From the sequence record OR608733.1: 64,000 bases of DNA. One strand, written 5' to 3'. Under the pieces are notes generated by a model, which was not told the DNA's origin, made no database searches, and saw only the letters and a program-made list of their open reading frames with translations. Within the stretch, counting starts at the first letter, position 1. Each line of letters starts with the position of its first letter. This document shows positions 1-11,200 of the stretch, piece by piece. Position numbers and translations under genes: made by a program.

Positions 1-3000
1 TTGCTATATCTAACATGGCTTTATCTTGACTGGTAACTACTTTACGCTGTTCCTCTATTTGAGAGGCGCGTACTGTAGCCTGTGTTGCTGCACCTGTATC
101 TACAACTGGTTGTTGGCCAGAAGACACATCGGCCGCAGATGAAGGTGCGCCAGGTAACATCATTGATGGAGCATTCGTCCTTAATGGTGACGCCATACCA
201 GACATTATCTTCCCAAGTCCAATTTTATTATTAGAACTATCTGTCATCGATGTATCCGCAGCACCGCCGATAAGCTCCTTATCAGTAGCCATATCTTTTT
301 GTTTAGCAGCAGCTGCATCATTCATCAACTCTTCTGTTGATTTTGGTTTACCAAGTGATTGACTATTGGCATTCTTACCGCCACCAGTTCTAAACTTAGC
401 AACCTTATTCTCCATGACCTGATAGATTTCACCTAAGGTTCTAGCGCTACCGTCCGTTTTAAAGAAGATAGATCTATTAGCCCTAGCTTGGTCAGGGAAT
501 ATCTCAGCACCAATAGAGTTCTGATCACGTGTAAGGAACTTACGTGCACCAGCTGGACCCATGAAGTGCGCTAGATAAAGATCCACATCAGTGGGTGCCC
601 TACCTAATGCATTTTCTAAATACTCATAATTGTCACGAAGGAACATCGCACCCATAAGAGCATTTATACGTGGGTCAAACCGTAGTGAACCATTTTCATC
701 ATCAGCAGGTATACCAAACTTAGCTCCATATTTAGCAAGCATCCCTTTCCAGGTACTCTTAATAAATTGGAACCAGCCTGCTGCTGATGAGGTTGGTGCC
801 TTGGCATTATAGTTGAATGATGATTCAATGCCACAGAAAATATTTAATAGTTCCACTGGTACGCCAGTCATTTCTGATACAGCTTTAAATGTAGCTTGAG
901 CTGCATCTCTAGACTTATTAGATTGCGGCATTGGGATATTCTCCCATACACCACCATTCCCAGTTGCTAATTGACCATAAGTCTGACCAGTTGGTGTCAA
1001 TTCACCGCCTGCCCCTAACTTATACTTAGCCGTATAGTAAGTATCAGTTATCCCTTCTTGGGCTCTACCAATAACTTGACTAACTCGTGCTGATGTATTT
1101 TCCATCCAGTTAGTTACTTTGGTCGTGGCACTATTGAATGTTGATTTAACATTATCAATAATCCGACTAGCAAAACTACGTCCTGAAGCTGCATCATTCT
1201 TACCTGCTATCTGTGCAGATTTAGATTTACCTGGAGCTTCAGCTACCTCAGTTTCAGCTTCTTTCTTTATCTCATCAAGACTTATTTTAGCTAGATCTTC
1301 TACCGAATCCATATCGCCAACAATATTAAATATTGATGGTGCTTTCCATATTGAAACACCTTCATCATCAGTGGCACCCATTATCGCATTAGCAATCTGG
1401 AGGCGCTGAGTTGCTGTTAATGTTTCTATTTGGCTAAGCGTTATCGATGTAGATACTGATCGAGCAGTAACAATAAATGCTTTAAATACAGGTAGGAATC
1501 GACGATATAACCAATCAACCACTTTAACACGGTCAGGACCATCGCTAGTCGTAACCATACCAAATGCTTGGCCAGTCCACTTAATTAATTCCTCTATATC
1601 ACCTGTATAAGTAGCTTTACCATTAGCTACTCGCATTTTATCATTAACAAGACTTTCAATCGATAGTAATCCATTTACAGCAGCTAAGTCTAAACCTTGC
1701 ATCCCATAAGCGTGTACACGTAGCGCTTGCAATGAAGTTAATGAATCACTTGCATTTGCTTTAGGAATAATTGTGTCTACTACTGTAGTTACCATTTTAC
1801 GTATAGATTCAACTGGACTAACTGCTTTAACTGCTTTTCCAATAGTTGAATCCCTAAACCAATTAGTGATATCAGTTGACTTAGACTTAATCGTAGTAAT
1901 GGTATCATTTATTACATCAGTAGCACTTTCCTTAAAACTACTGGAAGTTGCTTTAGGTGCGGCAGGTGTTTTCTCTGTGGAACTATACTTATCTAATAAT
2001 TCCTTTTCTTTCATCTGTATAGAAGCAACATCAATTGATAAGTCCTCTTCACCAAATGGGTTATTAAGGACTAGATAAGGTGTATTACCTTCGTATGGGA
2101 ATGATACTGATCTAATGAGCTGTCCTTTTAGTTCATTAGGTACTTTACTATCAACCTCACTGATGTCTACATCACTACGATTAATTTTGGATAGTCCTTT
2201 AAGCCATGCCTCAAAGATCGGTTTAAACCTAAAGTCGATCCAATTGGCTAAACGCATGATAGCTGGGCCATCATCAGCACTATATCCAAATATCTTAATA
2301 ATGTCACGTGCATTAAGAGCCCTTACATCAAAGGACGCATCTCCACCACGTGTAGCTACACTAGATACAAGTTGTTCTAATTCAGTAACCTTGTTCATCT
2401 GATCAGTTGTTGTGGCACCATACTGCATCATTCGATAACTGATTAAGTCATCTTTGAATTTCTGACTTCCTCTCCAACCTAATACAGGTTTTATTAAGAA
2501 ATCTTTAAGTGCCCACATAATCGGATTACTAGTTACAATAGCTGCACCAGCTAATTTATCATTTGTTGATGCACCAGTACCACCAAAACTAGCATATGCA
2601 GCAGCTGTCGATAATGCTCCACCGCCAATAGCTAAAGCACCTCTACCAAGTATTTGGCGGGCAGCAGCCCATTTCCCACCTTTCTTACCACCAAGACCTA
2701 GGTCTTCCAATAATCCTTCATCTTCCTCATCGCCTTTCTTCTTACCAAAGATATTCTTTAAGGTATCACCAAGTTTACCAAAAAGACCTTTTGATTCAGT
2801 GGTTTCTTCATCACTGTTATTTTTACCATTTAAAGTATCGCTAACACGTGATGTTAGATCTTGCCAGGAACCACGGCGAGGTTTATTAGCATCTGGTTTC
2901 TGATTACGCAGTTCTTCCCATATACCTGCTAATAATTGATCAGTGGTGGTATCTAGAGCTTTCTTATCTATCTGTGTTTCTACTTTACCAGTAAATGCAC

Positions 3001-6000
3001 TAAAACGTTTCTTGAAAGGTGATCCAAGTAATTTATATCCTAAACCCGCCATTCCTTTAGCAGTATCTACAGATTTCTTACCTAACCACTTCCAATAACG
3101 CATTGACATATTAGCATAACCACGGGCTAGATTACCTAAACCAGTTCGGAATAAACCCTTATTCTTAGCAGCAGTATGCTTAGACCCATCAGAGTTAATA
3201 AGTTCAGGTATTTGTTCTTCATCAACAACAATGTTACCATCCCTATCTAAAACTGATCCATTAATCTCATCGAATGATTTTAATAGGTTACCAGCAGTTG
3301 TATAATACTCACCTGCTTTTAGTTTAACTTTCTGTAATACTGGTTTTAACATACCAGGTAAATATGCATCCCGATTACTTAGAATATCCTTACCTAATCC
3401 AATAGTAAAGTCTTTTGCTTTATTAGCAACTGTACCCATTGCATTAAAGATTTTCTGAGTAGTTGATCCACCACCTAGTACATTTCGTTGTATCCAGTTA
3501 GATGCATCGGCTACATTCCTTCGCAGATTAAAACCATCTGACCGTATTAAACCTTTAGCCAGTTCTTGAGCAGTTACGACTACATCACCAGCCCTGTTAA
3601 TAATAGTACCTTTGGCATCTTTCAAATTAGTTATAATTTGATTAGTTGCTGTATCGATATACTCACCGGCTAGTAGATCACGTCCAAGAATAACAGCTTC
3701 TTCACGGCCAGGTATATACCAATCTTTAGCCATATCAGAAACATTATCTAAACCTTGAGTTAACCGTTCTCTAGCATCGCCAGCAATCTGCGCTGCTTTA
3801 TCACGTAATTGACTAGCAATATCAGTTGCCTTGGTTAATAAGTCACCACGTTGATTATAGAGACCAGTAGCTACTTCTTGAGCGGTTACTACAGTTATGC
3901 CAGCTTGGTTTTTAATTTCACCAGTAATATCAGATATTTTCTCTACTATCTTACCAGTATTAATATCAATTAAATTTCCATTTAAAAAATCCATTCCTTT
4001 GATAACTGGAGTAAAAGTATTAGCTTTGGTATATAGATCAGCTATTGATTGATTGATTATATCAGAATATCCATTGAGCTGATTACTATAGTTAACAGCA
4101 CGACTATATATATCGCCGGCTTGGCCGTATAGTTGATCTCTTAAATCACCAAAGTTCATTGACGCCGGTATGTTTACATTCCTGCGTAATTCGCTAAATT
4201 GATTAGGTACATTATCCCTTACATAATCCGTAGCTAGCGATACTTTTTGTTGCGCGTAATCATAACCTTTATTAGCTTGCTCTTGAGCCAGTTTAGAGGC
4301 ACGAATAACTTGCTCTTGAGCTTGACGCATTTTTCGTTCAGTTTGTGACTGATACATTGGGCCAATAAAGTGCGGGTTATTCTGATCACCTAGTGGGGAG
4401 AGTTGCTCTGGACCACCATTATCAGAAGGTGGTGTATCACTATAACGATCAAATGGATTATCATTACCCCATCCTTCGTATTTTACTTCTGAACTCATCA
4501 GTTCCCAAATACGTGGGTAATTAATACGATCAATACCTTGCTCAGTTATGATAATACCCATTTCACGTAATTGATCAGTTTTACCAGCATTGGTTAAACG
4601 CTCAATTTCTTTAATAGGGTCACGTGAGAAGTTTCTAACGTCTAAGAATAATGTAGATATTTCTTGACGCCTAGCAAAGTTTTCATTAGTGCTTGCCATC
4701 CTACCATCAGCACCAATATTGTATTGCCGTTTAATATATTCCGTTAATTCTTTAATCGTCTCACCGGACACTTTAGAACGATCATACCCACCAGCACGAG
4801 CATATGCTTCGGGATCAAAACGTTTATTCATATTGGCATCACGAATTAAACGTTCAGTTAGTGCTTTCCTAGCATCTATTGATAGTTCTTTATTTGGGTC
4901 AAATGCTTCAAGAACATCGGTAAGAGCACCACTTACACCACGTACAGTAGAACGACTAACTAGACGACGTTCTGTGTTTGCAGCTGAATCCTCTACAGAC
5001 ATGAATGAACCAGTTGAGAGATCAAACACTTCACGTGTAATATCATCACGACCAGTCCGGATCATTCTTGTTTCTTGTAGTAACCTAGATAGATATCCAG
5101 GAATAGCTTCGACTATAGTACGTTGTGTTAGTTGATTAAAGCCACTGTCCTGACCAATTGTTTGATAGGAGCCAGTCTTTAATCGATCTTGTAATGTGAA
5201 CTGGGGAATAAATGGAGCCATAATGTCACGAAGAATACCACGAGCACCATAAGTGTTTTGGTAATTATTCATGTATTCTTGTGTCCAGGCAGGGAAGTTA
5301 TCAAGTAAATAAGATGCTTGATTATGTCGACCCCCTAGATAATTATTAGAGAGTCGTTCTATGCCTGGCCGTGCCATCCTACCTAATACAGGTATAACTG
5401 AATTCCTTGTCCAATCACCAAGATAAGAGCCAGCGAATTGACCGGCTATATTGTATCTATTCTCCCATGCATCTGCACCAAACATGTTTCCAGCGCGAAC
5501 AGCATCGGCAAAGTTACGGATATTTTCATTTGCAAAGCGAGTAGCATTATTAGTTACGGCTGATCCAAAATTACCTAAGAAATTTGGTAATGTTTGAATG
5601 GCGTTGTCAACAAAACTACTCGATACCCGTTGAGCCGCATTAAAGCCAACAAGATCCTTCATTGATGACTTTTTATGATCGGGGATCCCTGTGTTTCTAA
5701 CAAGTGCTGCAAAACCATTATTTAATAATTCCATGGTAGCTTCGGTTTGCTGTGCAATTTTCCGAAGATGTAACATAGAACGAAATTGGATTTCTAATCC
5801 TTTCTTTTGAATACTGTAATTAACTTGTTCATTATAACTAGCTAATTTAGATAAATTATCAACTGTTTGACCCATAGCCTTAGCCATCCAGTCAAATCTA
5901 TCAGCCGATACTTTATCACGTATTCCACGTTCAGCTTGTCCAATAGCGAATCGTTTAACTTCGCCTTGTTCAGCTTTTATAGCTAAATCCCGTTGAACAA

Positions 6001-6541
6001 GAGTTACTTGATCTATAGCAGATTTAAGTTCATCCTCGTCACGTTCAGCTTCCATGCGACGACGGATTTCTTTATAATTTCTATTTGAATCTTCAGCGTA
6101 CTTATAGTTTTCGATTTGACTTTCTAATCGATTATTAAGTCTGTCAAAAACAGAAGCTGGAACTTTATCTTTTAACTTAACTGCTAAATCTTGTGCTTCT
6201 CTTGTTAAAAAGAGTAAATCACTAGCACTCGTACGTTCTACAGAATCTTTGACATCCCGGATAGTTGACATCGTATCTTCATATACACCGAACATACGTG
6301 AAAAGCCATCTGGTGCCGCAGACCGCATGAATGCTTTTAAAGCTTGTTGTGGTTTAACAGAGTCAAAGAGTCCTTGTTTAATACCATTAAAAAATTCAGT
6401 GACAGGTGATCCCTTTTTAGCTTTTGGCGTATCGCCAAAAATATCATCGACATCACTTAAGTCAAGAATATTACCAGCCTGCCCTAATGTTGTACCGGTT
6501 GCACCAGTTTGACCTTTGGGCAATGTTACCTTCTTGGCCAT
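1..6541 (-). CDS. gp181: Giant tail protein / tape-measure-like structural peptidoglycan hydrolase with C-terminal lytic transglycosylase domain (3' end runs off the window)
   Basis: Absent from the ORF track, probably because no stop lies in the window. ATG at 6541-6539 (MAKKVTLP); the segments I translated are open in this frame down to base 2, giving 2180 codons. The SLT motif [25 protein letters not shown] has its Glu codon at 826-824 = residue 1906, matching the known catalytic E1906 of phiKZ gp181. Confidence 0.93.
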   Translation of the reverse strand, partial: MAKKVTLPKGQTGATGTTLGQAGNILDLSDVDDIFGDTPKAKKGSPVTEFFNGIKQGLFDSVKPQQALKAFMRSAAPDGFSRMFGVYEDTMSTIRDVKDSVERTSASDLLFLTREAQDLAVKLKDKVPASVFDRLNNRLESQIENYKYAEDSNRNYKEIRRRMEAERDEDELKSAIDQVTLVQRDLAIKAEQGEVKRFAIGQAERGIRDKVSADRFDWMAKAMGQTVDNLSKLASYNEQVNYSIQKKGLEIQFRSMLHLRKIAQQTEATMELLNNGFAALVRNTGIPDHKKSSMKDLVGFNAAQRVSSSFVDNAIQTLPNFLGNFGSAVTNNATRFANENIRNFADAVRAGNMFGADAWENRYNIAGQFAGSYLGDWTRNSVIPVLGRMARPGIERLSNNYLGGRHNQASYLLDNFPAWTQEYMNNYQNTYGARGILRDIMAPFIPQFTLQDRLKTGSYQTIGQDSGFNQLTQRTIVEAIPGYLSRLLQETRMIRTGRDDITREVFDLSTGSFMSVEDSAANTERRLVSRSTVRGVSGALTDVLEAFDPNKELSIDARKALTERLIRDANMNKRFDPEAYARAGGYDRSKVSGETIKELTEYIKRQYNIGADGRMASTNENFARRQEISTLFLDVRNFSRDPIKEIERLTNAGKTDQLREMGIIITEQGIDRINYPRIWELMSSEVKYEGWGNDNPFDRYSDTPPSDNGGPEQLSPLGDQNNPHFIGPMYQSQTERKMRQAQEQVIRASKLAQEQANKGYDYAQQKVSLATDYVRDNVPNQFSELRRNVNIPASMNFGDLRDQLYGQAGDIYSRAVNYSNQLNGYSDIINQSIADLYTKANTFTPVIKGMDFLNGNLIDINTGKIVEKISDITGEIKNQAGITVVTAQEVATGLYNQRGDLLTKATDIASQLRDKAAQIAGDARERLTQGLDNVSDMAKDWYIPGREEAVILGRDLLAGEYIDTATNQIITNLKDAKGTIINRAGDVVVTAQELAKGLIRSDGFNLRRNVADASNWIQRNVLGGGSTTQKIFNAMGTVANKAKDFTIGLGKDILSNRDAYLPGMLKPVLQKVKLKAGEYYTTAGNLLKSFDEINGSVLDRDGNIVVDEEQIPELINSDGSKHTAAKNKGLFRTGLGNLARGYANMSMRYWKWLGKKSVDTAKGMAGLGYKLLGSPFKKRFSAFTGKVETQIDKKALDTTTDQLLAGIWEELRNQKPDANKPRRGSWQDLTSRVSDTLNGKNNSDEETTESKGLFGKLGDTLKNIFGKKKGDEEDEGLLEDLGLGGKKGGKWAAARQILGRGALAIGGGALSTAAAYASFGGTGASTNDKLAGAAIVTSNPIMWALKDFLIKPVLGWRGSQKFKDDLISYRMMQYGATTTDQMNKVTELEQLVSSVATRGGDASFDVRALNARDIIKIFGYSADDGPAIMRLANWIDFRFKPIFEAWLKGLSKINRSDVDISEVDSKVPNELKGQLIRSVSFPYEGNTPYLVLNNPFGEEDLSIDVASIQMKEKELLDKYSSTEKTPAAPKATSSSFKESATDVINDTITTIKSKSTDITNWFRDSTIGKAVKAVSPVESIRKMVTTVVDTIIPKANASDSLTSLQALRVHAYGMQGLDLAAVNGLLSIESLVNDKMRVANGKATYTGDIEELIKWTGQAFGMVTTSDGPDRVKVVDWLYRRFLPVFKAFIVTARSVSTSITLSQIETLTATQRLQIANAIMGATDDEGVSIWKAPSIFNIVGDMDSVEDLAKISLDEIKKEAETEVAEAPGKSKSAQIAGKNDAASGRSFASRIIDNVKSTFNSATTKVTNWMENTSARVSQVIGRAQEGITDTYYTAKYKLGAGGELTPTGQTYGQLATGNGGVWENIPMPQSNKSRDAAQATFKAVSEMTGVPVELLNIFCGIESSFNYNAKAPTSSAAGWFQFIKSTWKGMLAKYGAKFGIPADDENGSLRFDPRINALMGAMFLRDNYEYLENALGRAPTDVDLYLAHFMGPAGARKFLTRDQNSIGAEIFPDQARANRSIFFKTDGSARTLGEIYQVMENKVAKFRTGGGKNANSQSLGKPKSTEELMNDAAAAKQKDMATDKELIGGAADTSMTDSSNNKIGLGKIMSGMASPLRTNAPSMMLPGAPSSAADVSSGQQPVVDTGAATQATVRASQIEEQRKVVTSQDKAMLDIA

Positions 6542-6616
6542 ATTAAACTCCATTGACGATTAGTAAAGTATCATATCGTTGTTTAACTTAGTATTACCAA
6601 AATAGGAAAATAGAAA

Positions 6617-8269
6617 ATGAAGAAGGCATTAGTTCCTTTTAATATTTCTTTACTTATTCCTACTAAAGAACAATTAAAGTTCTTAGGTCAAGTAAAGAGT
6701 CATGAGATATTTGAAGGTTTAGGTGGTAACTTTCATGAAGATGGTTTGTTCTCTGTTTCCATTTTTGGAAGAGTTGGATCAACTGATCGTGAGAGTTTAT
6801 TTGGATATATCCATTTAGGTTTAGAACTTATCCATCCAGCTGTATATCGAAACTTAATTAAATTAAAAGCTTTCTATGAAGAAATTATTCTTGGTAAGGC
6901 ATTTGCAGTATTTGACGAATCTATTAAAGATTTTATCCGCGCCGATGAACTAACTGGTAAAACTGGTTATACATTCTTTTTTGATAACTGGAAACGAATT
7001 GACTTTGGGTCCACTAAGTCAGGGGTTCGGCTATCAAGGTTACAATTAATCGAAAAATATAAAGATAACTGTATTTTTAAAGACATGCTTGTAACACCAG
7101 CCGCTTATCGTGATGCAGAGATTGATGAGAATAATCGTGTTGAGATGGATGAGATCAATGAACACTATAGGTATCTATTAAATCAGTCGTTTGGTGTACC
7201 TGATAGCTTTGGACCAAATGATGACTTGAGTATCTATGATCGCAAACGAGTAGCAATGCAAAACACCGTATTAGCTATTTATGAACATTATGAACGACTG
7301 CTATCCGGTAAACGTGGATACATTCAATCTAAATGGGCATCCCGTCGTATTGCCAATGGTACACGTAACGTCATTAGTTCGCTAGATACTAATGCTGCTG
7401 ATCTTGATTCACCTAATCGACCAACATTCAAAGATGCCGTAGTTGGCTTACATCAAGCAGCTCGTTCAGTTGCACCGCGTACAATCTTTGCACTAAGGCA
7501 AGGTGTAGTTGGTGAAGTGTTTGATACAGTTACTAACACTGTACAGCTCATCAATAAGAAAACACTACGTTTAGAATGGGTCGATATCTCTAACGAAGAT
7601 ATGGATTTATGGGGAACTCCTGAAGGGCAAGAACAAATCATCAATGAGCTAGATGTCATTGAAAAACGCTCACGTGCAATTGAAATTGCTGATCATTATC
7701 TAGCCCTTATTTACGTTGATGATAAACAGAATTTTAAAATATTCCGCAACATCGATGAGTTACCTACTAATCTAAATAAGAAATTTGTTAGACCTATTAC
7801 TTATGCCGAATTAGTTTACCTTAGTGGATTAAGTATGTGGCGAACAAACTCAGCGTTTGTTACACGATATCCTGTAGAAAACTACAATAGCTCTATCCCC
7901 TGTAAGATGTATGTTAAAACAACCGTAGTGGGTGAATTACGTTATCCGTTAAATGATCAATGGGAACGTGATGATACGTTGGAACCAGCCTTAGAATTCC
8001 CTGTGTTTGAATTAAATAAACCAGCCCAGTGGCATGACTCAGTATCCATCTCTCCTTCTATTCTCGCGCCATTGGGGGCGGATTTCGACGGGGACACTGT
8101 ATCATTTAACGCAGTTTATTCAGAGGAAGCTATCGCTGAAACAGATGCTTTCTTTAAGAAACGTATTGCATATATACATGCCGATGGTCGACTGGCATTT
8201 AGTGTTGGTGTCCATACACTCAATTTAACTCTTCGGTACATGACTGGGGAACCCAAACAAAGGGATTAA
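6617..8269 (+). CDS. gp180: Virion RNA polymerase beta-prime-like subunit carrying the catalytic motif (550 aa, uninterrupted)
   Basis: GADFDGD catalytic Mg-binding motif at residues 487-493; RGYIQSKWASRRI resembles beta-prime GRFRQNLLGKRV; AGGA upstream. Confidence 0.93.
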   Translation: MKKALVPFNISLLIPTKEQLKFLGQVKSHEIFEGLGGNFHEDGLFSVSIFGRVGSTDRESLFGYIHLGLELIHPAVYRNLIKLKAFYEEIILGKAFAVFDESIKDFIRADELTGKTGYTFFFDNWKRIDFGSTKSGVRLSRLQLIEKYKDNCIFKDMLVTPAAYRDAEIDENNRVEMDEINEHYRYLLNQSFGVPDSFGPNDDLSIYDRKRVAMQNTVLAIYEHYERLLSGKRGYIQSKWASRRIANGTRNVISSLDTNAADLDSPNRPTFKDAVVGLHQAARSVAPRTIFALRQGVVGEVFDTVTNTVQLINKKTLRLEWVDISNEDMDLWGTPEGQEQIINELDVIEKRSRAIEIADHYLALIYVDDKQNFKIFRNIDELPTNLNKKFVRPITYAELVYLSGLSMWRTNSAFVTRYPVENYNSSIPCKMYVKTTVVGELRYPLNDQWERDDTLEPALEFPVFELNKPAQWHDSVSISPSILAPLGADFDGDTVSFNAVYSEEAIAETDAFFKKRIAYIHADGRLAFSVGVHTLNLTLRYMTGEPKQRD

Positions 8270-8271
8270 TC

Positions 8272-11200
8272 ATGCGCTTAAATATTACACAGTTTCTGAA
8301 AAATTATAGTGTACGCGAATATGCTAAACTTCAGTCACCTAAGTTGCATGCTCTAAATAAACTTGATCTACCTTTCGAATCCATTTATCAGTTCTTCGAT
8401 GGTAATAATGCAGTAATGGGTCCTAGTCAAACAGACCCATTATTCTCCAAACATCAAGGTAAAGTATATATTGAGCATGTTACTGATATGCTTACATTTG
8501 AAGGTAATCCACGTAGGACTTCAAATATCCCAGCAACAATGATTCAAGAGTTTCGCCGCCAGAACCGTTTCTTTAAACCTTTACGCAGTGATACCGGTTT
8601 TAAATTATCAAACCAGAACATTCTGGTAATGAATTATAATTTAATTAACCCTCAATGGAATTATATGGCTTCTTATAAAGCTACATGGTTCCGTTGGTCA
8701 AATGACATGCGTACATTCTGGAGTGGCGTAGCGGCTGCATGTGAACGTTTTCCTGGTTGGAACCAGTTCATTGATGTACACTTACCTGAGTTAGTTCCAC
8801 CTCCTTCTTCTTTTAATAAACTACGAGGGGGTTTAACTCAAGATCTAGCTAATCAATTCAATACACCTGATATTCTAAATATATTTGATTTAGTTCGCTG
8901 GGTTTCTGATGATCGTGAAAGTTCTTTCATGAATGTCATCGATGCTAAGTATTACGGTAACATTAATCTTTTATTCCGTGTACAAAGTTCATTCTTTGTT
9001 ATTAACTTAGGGATGCTTGATCAATGGCGTCGTGATCCAGAAATTAAAGATGATAAAGGTTATGATACCCAGCAAATAGCTAGGCGCCTTATTTCACTAG
9101 TATCAGCGATGGTTGAATATAACCAAGGTAATACTTCATTAATTAAAGAAGATACGCCTATCTTTAATGAAGATATTATTGTTGATGAAGAAACTCCGGT
9201 TAGTTATGAAGAAGGTGAAGCAGAAGAGGTTGAGGATGTTGAGTCTAATAACGTTGAAGAAGAAGTAACTGAAGTTGATGTTATTGATGATGTTCAATTT
9301 GACCCAACCAACTTAACTAACTTAATTGATATTGGCGCAATTAAGATAACATATACCCCACCACCAGAAAGTGATCTTGAGGTAACAAAGCTTATCATTG
9401 AAAAAGATCCACTGGAATCTTCACCTTCTCGCCAAATTAAAGAAGAGAAGGAACTCATTGTAACAGATGTACCAGAAGATGAGTTATTCATCAATACTGA
9501 AGTTGATGAAGAAGATAAACTAATCGATGCCATTAGAGCTAAAGCATACGACATGTATCGCGTGAATATGATTTCTGCGAATACATTCGAGCAAGCTCAA
9601 GAAGATTCGATTATGTATCGTCGTCTACCTGATCCATTTACCGATCCTAATGATGAATCAGTAGAACCTATGACGATCGCTGAGGCGATGGAATATCATC
9701 CAGATGATCTTAAGATTCCAGAAGACACCACTTTTGAAGATAAGCCAACCATTGTTGATAAATCAATGTTGGGTAGTAAGTTAAAAGCCATCCAACGCAA
9801 ATACAACAAGGTCTTATTAAAGAAAGATATTTTAAACAGTGTGTTATCTGTTCAGAAACAAGGCGTATCAGTAACTAATTACAAAATTGAAACTGTACGC
9901 GATTCTGGTAACCATTACCAAATCCACAAAGTTACATTAAAGCCTATTCGTGGTAGAAGTTCACAAGTAATGTTCCGTATCCCTGTCATTGATAATGACG
10001 GTAGGTTCATGTCTAATGGGGTAACATATCGCCAACGTTTACAACGTGCTGATATTCCAATTCGTAAAGTTAATCCACGTAAAGTTGCATTGACCTCTTA
10101 TTATAATAAGACCTTTGTGACCAGATCAGAACGTGCTGAAAACAACTTTGATAATTGGTTAATCAGAGCGATTACCAACCGTGCATTAGATGGAAGTGAT
10201 ATGTCTGTACATTCAGTTACCTATGCTGAATTAGATCAATCCAACTATGTTCTACCAAGGGTGTACACTACTTTAGGAACAGCTTTTAAAGGCTTCCATA
10301 ATCACCGTAATGTGTTCTATTTTAATTTCAAAGATCGTAATGAATTCTTTGCAAAACAAGGATTACATATCGAAGATTATGAAACTGATGATTTGATAAT
10401 GGTGGGGTTCAATGGCACTGATGCTATCTTGTTAGATAAGAATTCCATCTTTTACATGAAAACAGGTAATGAGCTAGAACCTATTGGTACCATTACAGAT
10501 ATACTTGGCTTAGATCTAACCAAAGCGCCGTTAGAAGCTATTCTAATGTCAATTGGTGGTAAAGAGCTACCATTAGGTTTCATTTTAGCATATCACCATG
10601 GCTTAAACAATCTACTTAAGAAGTTGAATGTTAATTATCAGCGTCATCAGCGTGGTACCAGGATTGTTGTCAATAGTACGGATTATACATTAGCGTTCGC
10701 TGATGAGATCCTAGTATTTGATCGAGCTGATTATAAAGCAATGCTTGTATTAAGTGGACTCAAACGTTATCATAAATCACTGCGGCGTTATTCTGTTTAT
10801 GATTTCAATAAACGAGATGTTTACTTCAGGGTTCTTGAAGAAGCTGGATTAAGTAATAGATTTACACGTGATATTGATACACTCTTCTCAGCATGGGTCG
10901 ATCCAATCACTGAGGGTCTACTCAAGGAGATGGGTGAACCAACTACTTTTGAAGGATTGCTTTATCGGTCTGTCGAGTTATTAACGAACGACTGGAGTCC
11001 AGCAGAAGTAGATGGTGCATATATGCGCTATCGTGGTTATGAGCGCATGGCAGGGGCTATTTTTAATGAACTCAATAGAGCGGTACGTGTATTTAATATG
11101 CGTAATGGTGGGTCAGTGCAAACTGTCGAGTTAGATCCACACGTGATCTGGCGCAAGATTGTACAAGATCCGACAGTAGCCACTATTGAAGATTCTAACC

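Noticed and set aside
630-6512. Plus-strand track ORFs 630..812, 1119..1409, 1773..2078, 2115..2402, 4689..5135 and 6249..6512
   Set aside because: Antisense shadows of the gp181 frame; Ser/Leu/Ile-rich, no convincing RBS.
8269-8272. Expected HNH homing endonuclease / group I intron between gp180 and gp178
   Set aside because: Only 2 bp separate the genes and gp180 reads through its catalytic motif, so no mobile intron is present here.
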